The position numbers and the translations under genes are program-made. Below are positions 10,393 through 19,221 of a stretch of DNA of 20,000 nt, piece by piece. Position 1 is the stretch's first letter. Each line of letters starts with the position of its first letter. This stretch comes from Mesotaenium endlicherianum (Eukaryota), in contig WELA01001807.1 of the NCBI GenBank assembly GCA_009602735.1, forward strand, positions 51,929-71,928. Direction: 5' to 3'. Under the pieces are notes generated by a model. The model saw only the letters and a program-made list of their open reading frames with translations. It was not told the origin of the DNA and ran no database searches.

Positions 10393-12850
10393 TCCAGTCT
10401 ACTGAGTGTGAGGATGCTAGAGATAGTGAATCGTCGGTAGCTGCCCTCCTAGCAGGTACTATGGGTCCTGCTGAACTGGATTCACTATGCATGCCTGACA
10501 ACCAGATAAAGAAGACCATTAGCACTACAGATCTCCGGTGAGTGCACGCTCTGGATGGTCTCATTCCACTTGATGTCCAATATTTTTTTGCTAAGTCACA
10601 AAAACTCTACGAAAGTCAGGAAAAGTCAGTTCCTCCTATCCTACTGCATTGCATGATTGCAGGTAGGAAGGTGAGGGCATTTGTTGACGGAGGGGCGTCA
10701 CATACTTTTATCCACAAAGACTTAGTGAAGCGGCTAAGGCTGCCTACTGTCATCCAGGGGAATAGAAGAATATTTCTTGGAGATGCCTCAAGTATCTCGG
10801 GAGGAATTATAACCAAGCTTATTAACGTCAGTTAGATTCTGGCATTGCAATTCTAATTGAAACGCTTATTTTTGAGGTACTCAACACTGGCTTTTATGAT
10901 CTCGTGCTAGGGAGGTCCTGGCTCAATAGACATCAAGCTGAAGTGTGTTGGAGCAGAGGTACAATTAAAGTAAGAGGTGCCATTGATGCGCAGACTAACT
11001 TGGCACTCACCACTGCTGTTCCTCTTGTCCTGTATGGATGGCAAATGAACGAAACAAAGAGATTTCCAGGAGGATGCAAACTGTTGAATGCAATGGAGTT
11101 CATCCAAAGCTGGAACCAGAAGGACGACAGAATTTTCTGTCTACTGCTCAAAAAGGTACCTCCTCAACCTGAAGAAGTGGTGGAGAAAAAGGTGAGCCCT
11201 TCGGAGCACCCTACTGCTGGAAAAATTGTTGCCCAGTATGATGATGTTTTTAACATGCCTCCATGATTGCCACCTAAGAGGGAGGTAGATCATAAAGTTG
11301 ATTTATTACCTTGGAGTCAGCCACCTTGGCAACGCAATAATGGCTTGTCTTATGTGGAGAGAGAAGAGTTAAACACACAGATTGCAGAGCTTGAGGAGAA
11401 TGGATATATTTCTCCCATTGAATCACTTTATGGCGCACCCGTCTTATTTGTTAAGAAGAAGGATGCACTATGCATATGTGTGTGGATTACAGAGCTCTGA
11501 ACAGAATCACAGTAAAGAACAAATATACTTTTGTTAGAATCAAGGACTTGCTTGATACACTGTATGATGCTAAAGTGCTCAGTAAGATTGATCTCAAAAG
11601 TGAATATCACAAGATCAGGATTGTTGAGGGAGATGATTACAAGACTGCTTTTCGCACACGTTATGGACATTATGAGTTCAATGTGATGCCTTTTGGTTTG
11701 ACTAATCCTCCCGCCACCTTCATAGGTGCTATGAATGACATTTTCAGACTCTACTTGGATAAATTTGTGCAAGTCTTTTTGGATGATATGCTGATTTTCT
11801 CTAAAAATGAGACTGAGCATGCTGATCACTTGAAGAGAATAATGGACACTCTAAGAAAGAATCAGTTATATGCTAAAAATGAACAAGTGTGATTTTCTTA
11901 AGAAGAGTATTGAATTCTTAGGACACGTCAGTTAAGAAGGCATCAGTGTGGATCCTAAGAAAGTCTAAGACCATAAGGGACTGGCCAGTACCTCACTCTG
12001 TCTCAAAAGTTAAATCCTTACTTGGGCTGGCTATCTTTTATAGGAATTTCATTGAATATTATTCCACTAAGATTTGTAAATTGACTGACCTTACTAAAAC
12101 GGACATAGGGTATGTAGGGGGGGCAGAGCAGCAAGCTGCCTTCTAAACCTTTCAGGATGCTCAATATTCTGCCCCAGTTCTAGCTGTATATGACCCCAAC
12201 AAACCTGTAGAGGTGGTTACTTCTGACTTTGCTATTTTGTTGCAACCTGTTGACAAAACCACGAAGAATGGTAAGGTAAAGCAGGAGTGGCACCCTGTGC
12301 TGTATGAGTCTCTGAAATTCAACCCAGCTAAAATTACCTATTCTGTGCATGATAAAGAGCTGTTGACCATCATTCATGTTCTCAAACAACGGAGAGCTTA
12401 CTTACATGGTAAAGCTTTTAAGGTGATTACAGATCATCTAGCTCTGACTCACTTTCAGAAGAAGTCCAAGCTGTCGAGGAGGGAGAACCGCTGGAGCAGT
12501 TTCAAGTCCAGATTGACTACAAACCGGGGAAGTTGAAACCTGCTGATGCATTCTCTAGAAGACCTGACTTGCAAGAAATGAACTTTAGTCAGCATGCTAT
12601 AGATAAAGTCCTTTGTGCACTCACTTCACTAAAGGTGAAAAAGTCCTTCCTTGAACAACTTAGGAAAGCCTACCATTCTGACCCAACATTTGAGCCCACC
12701 CCCACTGATGGTGTGTGTCCTGCTACTGCACTATGGTATCGGCTAAAGGGAGGGGTCTGGATGACTGAAATAACTTCAGGCAAGCTGAAGCTGGTCATTC
12801 CTAATAACTTCGAAATAAGGTCACTCTTACTGAGTCAAGCGCATGTCTGA
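10392..12850 (+). pseudogene. pol: pol pseudogene: protease, reverse transcriptase, RNase H, start of integrase
   Basis: PR motifs AFVDGGASHTFI and LGRSWL; RT motifs [54 protein letters not shown] motifs YSVHDKELLTII, VITDH, ADAFSR; ends at LLSQAH, the first His of the integrase zinc finger. Confidence 0.93.
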
Positions 12851-12851
12851 T

Positions 12852-12986
12852 TACTACAAGAAATATCTGGTTAGATAAAAGGGTTACGATGCATCTGGGG
12901 ACACTTGGGAATCGAAGGACCATTTGACCAATGCCACAGGGGCGTTGAAACCTTTTTACCTTCGAGATGTTAGGAGACCTCCTTAA
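12852..12986 (+). pseudogene. Chromodomain remnant (integrase C-terminus)
   Basis: Translates YYKKYLVR*KGYDASGDTWESKDHLTNA, matching the chromodomain pattern YLVxWKGY...TWE...L with W replaced by TAA. Too short to appear in the ORF track. Confidence 0.85.
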
Positions 12987-13124
12987 TTGTCATTTGAGTT
13001 GACACGGGAAGGTGACAAGCGGTCTTGTCTCCATTCAAATTGGAGGGGAAAGTGACAATCAATGACAGTTAGAGACAGTACGTTACAGGAAGTGACATTG
13101 TGACAGGCAACCCATCTTAAATTT

Positions 13125-13136
13125 AAGTTGGAGAGA
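13125..13136 (+). promoter_or_regulatory. Polypurine-tract-like sequence
   Basis: AAGTTGGAGAGA just before the 3' LTR; the same TTAAGTTGGAG precedes the LTR of element 3. Confidence 0.55.
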
Positions 13137-13141
13137 TAACA

Positions 13142-13583
13142 TGTCGAGAATCAGCCACATGTTGGGAATCGGTGGATGGCGATTCGGAATGATGGGAGAT
13201 GGCGGTGGATTTGGTTAGCCGAGGTCCTACCAAGTGGTTAACTCCCGGGTAGGCGGTGCTATCGCACTGGCCGTTGAACAGTAAACTCATTCCATGTACA
13301 TATGCTAGGTATTGGTCTCAAGTTCAGTATTCAATAACGAGGCCAACTCTCTTGTACTGCTTACTGAGAGATATCTGAATCCAAAGCAAGAAGCCATTGA
13401 TACGCATTGTCTTCTAGCCTTGCTTATGTATGAGTTTATTAATTGCAAGATTGATGCTAATTTACTTGCATTTGACTTGCAAGTATTGCTCACTGCTAGT
13501 GTGTTAAATTACCATAAAGATTACACGCTGATATAAAGATCTTAATCAATTGAAATCGCCTATTGGTAAGTTGATTCATTTTA
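13142..13583 (+). repeat. 3' LTR, with the 5' part deleted or replaced (clear homology from 13171)
   Basis: 13171-13583 matches the 3' portion (~60%) of the other LTRs; ends GATTCATTTTA; no PBS follows. Confidence 0.85.
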
Positions 13584-14447
13584 CACCAGGTATACCACAC
13601 CCCTCAATTGCCACTACTACGTTTTTATTTATCAAAGTACTTGGTTGAGAGGGATAGAATGCCCTAGTAAGAAACGTAGTAACTCACGAGGAAAGGAGCT
13701 AATTGCAATCATACTAAAGAGTGCAGCGGCATATCACTAAGAAAGCTTAAGAAAACTACTCAAAATTTTGAGTAGCAAGAAATTGCTCACAAATAATGTA
13801 GGATGAAAGGCTTTGTCATTACAAACCCGTAGAAATTTACAGAAGTGAAAACTGATGAGAGATGAAGAAGTTGTGCTTCCTTATAGTTTTCTGCCTAAGT
13901 GCTCCTCTCTAGGAGGATGCTACGGAATTTCCTTAGTGTTCGTCAATGCGTCCCTTCTTGAATATTCCTGAGTATGCCAGATCAATCTTATCTGACGTGT
14001 CGGTTCAAATTGACTTTCACATACATGCATCGACATTACTAGAATATTCTATCTTAGGCGCGCTAGGCTAAACCGAAACTTCTAGGTTAATCGACCTAGT
14101 CGGCACTCCGCGTCAGCCAAACTTACGTGAACGTTCGAGTTCACTCTAACGGCCTAGATCGCTCGACGCCTCGGTCAATCCGACGGTCGCGCTCACCGCA
14201 AATTAAGGACAGTCGCCGACCAACCTTAAAAGTAATTAAACTTCGAAATCCATAAGTCTCTCAACACTCAACCAAATTCGATGCACTATATATCAAAAGG
14301 ACCACAAAAATGCACTCTACACTTCTTTTCACTCAAAATCTCTTTCCAAGGAACTCATAAATGCACTTTATAAACCTATGACCTTACATCGATGTTGTTG
14401 CAAGAGATAATGACTACACTAACTCAACTGTGTTATGCTTGAGCAGG

Positions 14448-15565
14448 ATGGTCACCCAAAAGTCTGAACTCAAGAGGAAAAGACGAGCTGACAAGGCACA
14501 CTCAAAATACTTGCAGTTCCATGGCGACATCGAATCGTCCTCCATCTCATCTCAAAAATTAGAGCAACTCCGACAGCAGCGTGAGGCTTAAAAGAAGAAG
14601 GATGAGGACAAACAAGCCAGGCTGAGGCAAAACGAAATGGACAAAAGACCTACAGAGGATGCCAAGAAGGAAGAAGAAGACAGGCAAGCTGAGGAGAGGC
14701 GGAAGCAGCAAGCTGAGGAGGAACAGAGGAGAGTCAAGAGCTACCGCTACACAGTGATGGGCAAGGGCTTTGATCTTTTGGAGGCCTTCAAGTATGCCCA
14801 GAGAAGTCGAAGTGAGTAACAAAAGGACATACTACAGCGGGAGAAGGAGGCATCCCCAAACTTTGGCAAGTACATAGAGATCAGCACGGGGCTCCTCCTA
14901 TACCCTGACTATGCCAGGATGGTTGAACATGCAGTCCAAGAGGCCAAGGCATTGGCCCAGATGAACGAACATGAAGCTGTGTCTATGCCTGGCATCTGGG
15001 GCACAGAGAGGGTCATCAAGTTGATGCCCATGGACTTGGATAGTTTCAAGGACACCACGTACGATAATTGATTCAAGACCATGTTTAATGAGGTGGAGAG
15101 AAGAAGTTGGGAGTTCATGGCAAAAGAGACCAGCCAGCTCGATTTCTCAGAGCAGTGGTACCCCTGTACTACGAAGAGGACAGACCCAGCTTTCTTCTTG
15201 CAGCCCAATGACTGGCGCTGGACGACCATCAACATGAGGGACCAGTAAAATGACAGAGCTGAGGAGGACAATTTCTTGGCAGACTTGCAGGGGAAAATAG
15301 TGCTGCCACCTTACATTGCAGCAAGGAACCAACGGATGGATGGTGTTAGAGACTTCATGAGTCAGGATTGTAGAAGCATAAAACCAAGGCTAGAGATTCA
15401 TTCTCTAAGGGGAAGCATGCTTATGCCCAATGGGCAAGTAAGCAGGGGGAGAAAGACCTTTATGCAGTCAAGATCCAACAATCCCCACCAGCACCCAAAA
15501 GGGGAAGGTCGGTATAATACTCTTTTTCTCGGGATCGGCTAGAGGAAATGTTCAGGTAGACTCCA
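14448..15565 (+). pseudogene. Degenerate ORF of unknown function, retroelement-associated (copy 1), truncated by an LTR insertion
   Basis: About 370 codons of protein-like reading frame with isolated stops (e.g. 14589, 14817) and 2 frameshifts; 15211-15565 is homologous at protein level to ~19645-20000 on the minus strand. Confidence 0.75.
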
Positions 15566-16282
15566 TGTAATGAATCAGTATATTGGTAGATATAATATCA
15601 TTTAAATATAATACTTAAATAAGTCTAGACTGTTGAACTTTAGTTAATATTGAATCTGCTGGACTTTATTAAATAATCAGTTTAATGACTCAGTCGGGAG
15701 CAGCAGGCTGAAGTCAACTTAGGTCAGCTTGCTGACACATTCTTTGACAGCCAGCTGACTTCAGTATTCGGTAGCAGCGAACTGCCTCGATACGCATCTG
15801 AGTGTGGTGTGATAGATGACTGGCCAGATGACATCCTTTGGTTGGATGGCGATTCGGGATGATGGAAGATGGCGGTGGATTTGGTTAACCAAGGTCTCAC
15901 CAACGTGGTTAACTCCCGGGTAGGCAGTGCCATCGCACTTGCCGTTGAACAGTAAACTCATTCCATGTACATATGCTAGGATTGCTCTCGAGTTCGGCAT
16001 TCGCAAACGAGGCCAACTCTCTTGTACTGCTTACTGAGAGATATCTGGATCCAAGGCGAGAAGCCGTTGATATGCACTGTCTTCTAGCCTTGCTTATGTA
16101 TGAGTCTACTGATTGCATTATTGATGCTAGTTTACTTGCATTTGACTTGCGAGTATTGTCCACTGCTAGTGTGTTGTCCTTCGCCGTTTAACCAGTTAAC
16201 GGAAAATACCATAAAGATTACTTGCTGATGTAAAGATCCTAATTAATTGTTAATCGCCTAATTGGTAAGTCGATTCATTTCA
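15566..16282 (+). repeat. 5' LTR of element 2 (717 bp)
   Basis: TGTAATGAATC...GATTCATTTCA, termini inverted at 10/11 positions. Confidence 0.93.
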
Positions 16283-16283
16283 G

Positions 16284-16295
16284 TGGTATCGGAGC
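16284..16295 (+). promoter_or_regulatory. Primer binding site (tRNA-iMet, 1 mismatch)
   Basis: TGGTATCGGAGC. Confidence 0.88.
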
Positions 16296-16316
16296 ACTTA
16301 TCACACTCTTCTTTGT

Positions 16317-17795
16317 ATGGTAAGGACAAGGTCTCAAGCCAGCAACTCGCGAGACATGGAGAACCAGGATAATGAGAATGTCAAAAATTAGGCTGAAAGC
16401 CAAATATCCAAAAACCCGTACCTATTCTGAAGCAGTGGCAGATACTGCAGCTAGAGAGGCTGCAGACGAGGCAGCTGCTATTGCCGCAGTCGCAACACAG
16501 CAGGTTGAGGAGGAGAGAGCCAGGTTAGAAGTTGAAAGATTAGCAAAAGCTGTTGAAGATACAGAAAGGAGGGAAGGACAGCCAGCGGACGAGCTCACTG
16601 TCGAGGAACGTATGGCATCAAGGGCCAATGTTCTAAGCCCACCTCCTGCTGTACAACTCAATGTGCCCCTAGGTCAAATTCGTGACCGGCTGAATGCCGC
16701 AGGAATTGCTGCTGCAGGAGCAAGAGGGACTGTTGAGGACACTACTCAGCGAGTCAATGCCACTGCTACTGTTGCATTTGCTAGATTCCCACCTCAGAGT
16801 GTTGATTTGGGAGCATTGTTCGTGCAAATGCAATCGCAAATGACGAGCACGTATCAGTCCCAACAGGAGGACAAAAGAATCATAATGTCTCTACTACGGG
16901 ACAGAGACCAACTGGGTTCTCAAACCACTGGTGGTGGTGGCAGAGGGCCTAGTAAGCCCAAGCCGAAACCTCCGCAGAATAATGATCCTGAGGGGAACAA
17001 AAAGTATAACCTGATCAAGTTTCTCGCTGATGTTGAGCAGTGGCAGGAGAACTATCCAGAACTGCAGGATTACGAGAAGGTCAGGCACACTAGTGCTCTA
17101 CTGAAAGGCAGTGCAGCAGACTGGTGGCTGTATTAGAAAGGAGAGCGTAAGGCTCAACAACTCGGTGACCCTACTTGGGTAGAGTTTGTCGAGAAACTGC
17201 ATGAGAAGTTTGACGTCATCAATCAGCAGGAGAAAGCTACCTATGCGATGATCTCCTTGACACTGAAGCAAACCACTTCAGTTGCTGATTTTGCTCAAAA
17301 GTTTCAGGAGAACATGATGAAGCAGCCAGACTTGCCAGAACGGTATAGGATAGCATATTTCAGGTATGGCCTGAAATCCGAAGTCTCTGGTCATTTTGCT
17401 GACAAAAAGTATGAGAAACTGGCTGACTTGATCGAGGATGCTGATGCCTGGGATCAGCAGCAGTTCAATCACAAGCGCCAGAGTAATGCTTTGGTGTCCA
17501 AGGTTGTCAAAAAGCCCCACGGTTCCTACAATGCAATTGAAGGAGACCAGGCTGAGGATGATCAGGGTGATGAATATGAGTATGAGTATAATGCTATGCA
17601 GTCCAGAGTGAGAGGTGGTTTTTCTCGAGGCGGCTATGGAAGAGGTGGTGGTAGGACTAAACCGAGACCAGCCTCAGCAAAATCTGTTTGCTTCAATTGC
17701 CAGCAGACGGGTCACTTCAGCGAGCATGTCCAATTAAGCACCTCCCAATGGTCGATAGAAAATACCAGCCTTTAAAAGACAGCAATAGTCAGTAA
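16317..17795 (+). pseudogene. gag: gag pseudogene of element 2
   Basis: MVRTRSQ...; LLKGSAADWWLY*; zinc knuckle CFNCQQTGHFSE-C with a 1-bp deletion; stop CAG TAA at 17793-17795, conserved with element 1. Confidence 0.88.
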
Positions 17796-17845
17796 TCCAG
17801 TCTATTGACTGTGAGGATGCTAGAGATAGTGAGTCGTCACTATCT

Positions 17846-17938
17846 GAAGCGCGAGCGTCATAGCGGAAACGACGGAGTGCGTGTCCACGCTGCCCGTCAT
17901 TATCTCGTTCATCAGCAGCCGCTTCTCCCAGTGCGAGC
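17846..17938 (-). pseudogene. Captured exon fragment of a leishmanolysin-like (peptidase M8/invadolysin) gene, with upstream intron (17939-~18132)
   Basis: Acceptor TTTTTGACAG| followed by (G)[30 protein letters not shown], nearly identical to the plant M8 motif [38 protein letters not shown] as recalled. Confidence 0.85.
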
Positions 17939-17976
17939 CTGTCAAAAAGCGAGCGGGAGGGAGGGGGGGGGAGAAT

Positions 17977-18038
17977 NNNNNNNNNNNNNNNNNNNNNNNN
18001 NNNNNNNNNNNNNNNNNNNNNNNNNNNNNNNNNNNNNN
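17977..18038. other. Assembly gap (62 N) in a G-rich low-complexity tract
   Basis: Run of N flanked on both sides by G-runs and GGAGAAT. Confidence 0.99.
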
Positions 18039-18132
18039 GGAGAATGGGGGGGGGAAGGGGGAGGCATTCCGTAAGACAAAAACTGGGCACACGCACGTAG
18101 ACAAGAGCGCAACCACGCAAGCACATGCAGGC

Positions 18133-18261
18133 AAGGACTGGCCTGTACCATAGTCTGTCTTTGAAGTTGGATCCTTTCTTGGGTTGGTTAACTACTATAG
18201 GAGATTTATTGAGAATTATTCTACAAAGGCCAGTAAACTGGCGGACCTTACTAAGAAAGAC
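18133..18261 (+). pseudogene. pol: pol fragment (RT/RNase H connection) of element 2
   Basis: [41 protein letters not shown], homologous to 11977-12110. Confidence 0.85.
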
Positions 18262-18981
18262 TGAAATGAATCAACTTACCAAATAGGCGATCAACAATTA
18301 ATAAAGATCTTTATATCAGCAAGTAATCTTTATGGATATTTTGTTAATTGATTAAACGGCAAAAGGACAACACACTAGCGAGAAACGACACTCGTAAATC
18401 AAATGCGAGTAAACTAGCATCAATAATGCACTCAGTAAACTCATACATAAGCAAGGTTAGAAGACAGTGCGTATCAATGGCTTCTCGCGTTGGATTCAGA
18501 TCTCTCTCAGTGAGCTTTAGAAGAGAGTTGGCCTCGTTTCCGAATGCCAAACTCGAGAGCAACGCCTAGCATATGCACATGGAATGAGTTTACTGTTCAA
18601 CGGCCAGTGCGATGGCACCGCCTACCCGGGAGTTAACCACGTTGGTAGGACCTTGGTTAACCAAATCGACCGCCATCTCCCATCATCCCGAATCGCCATC
18701 CATCATAGGGATATCATCTGGCCATTCATCTAGCATACTACACTTAGATGCATATTGAGGCAGTTTGCTGGTACAGAGTACGGAAGTCAGCTGGCTGTCA
18801 AAGAATGTGTCAGCAAGCTGACTTAAGTTGACTTCAGCCTGCTGCTTTCGGCTGAGTCATTAAACTGATATTATATATAAAGTCCAGCAAACTGATTATT
18901 AACTGAAGTTCAGCAGGCTGAACTAATTTAAGCGATATACTTAAATAAATATTATATCAACCAATAAACAAATTCATTACA
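18262..18981 (-). repeat. 3' LTR of element 3 (720 bp)
   Basis: Reverse complement reads TGTAATGAATT...GATTCATTTCA; colinear with the LTR at 15566-16282. Confidence 0.93.
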
Positions 18982-19017
18982 ATCACTCCAACTTAACATG
19001 TTGTCGCCTCGACAACA
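18982..19017 (-). promoter_or_regulatory. PPT-like tract and pre-PPT hairpin
   Basis: Minus strand TGTTGTCG-AGG-CGACAACA (8-bp stem), then TGTTAAGTTGGAGTGAT|TGTAAT. Confidence 0.65.
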
Positions 19018-19221
19018 CTGACACCGGGTACATAGGTTTCCCCAACTGAAATTACTGATCCCTCTCCCATCCAGCATGCTGCCCTTGGCCTTCCGCCCTT
19101 AGGAGGTAGATGTCCCTGGGGCCCTATGGTCAGGGGAGTCAGTCCTCCTCCTGTCTTGGGGTCTTCTGAAGCCTGTCAGAGAGGGGGGCTCCGTGTAGGG
19201 ACCCGGCAAAGAACGTTGCAA

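Larger units (their letters stand above)
8186..13583 (+). mobile_element. Degenerate Ty3/gypsy chromovirus (element 1; integrase core deleted; probably chimeric)
   Basis: Order LTR-PBS-gag-PR-RT-RH-(INT start)-chromodomain-PPT-LTR; many stops and frameshifts. Confidence 0.92.
15566..18261 (+). mobile_element. Ty3/gypsy element 2 (same family): 5' LTR, PBS, gag, internal deletion with captured filler, pol fragment; interrupted by element 3
   Basis: Colinear with element 1 to 17838; resumes at ~18133 matching 11977-12110. Confidence 0.88.

Noticed and set aside
13305..13536. Recurrent short ORFs (NASKLASI..., NEANSLVLLTERYL...), also at ~15.9-16.2 kb and ~18.35-18.57 kb
   Set aside because: They recur only because the LTR is repeated; starts and stops are not conserved.
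14448..15565. env gene interpretation of the accessory ORF
   Set aside because: No signal peptide or transmembrane segment is visible; the protein is highly charged.
18262..18981. Inverted LTR pair (15566-16282 and 18262-18981) as a DIRS or TIR element
   Set aside because: Explained by a nested inverted insertion into pol; no tyrosine recombinase or transposase is seen.
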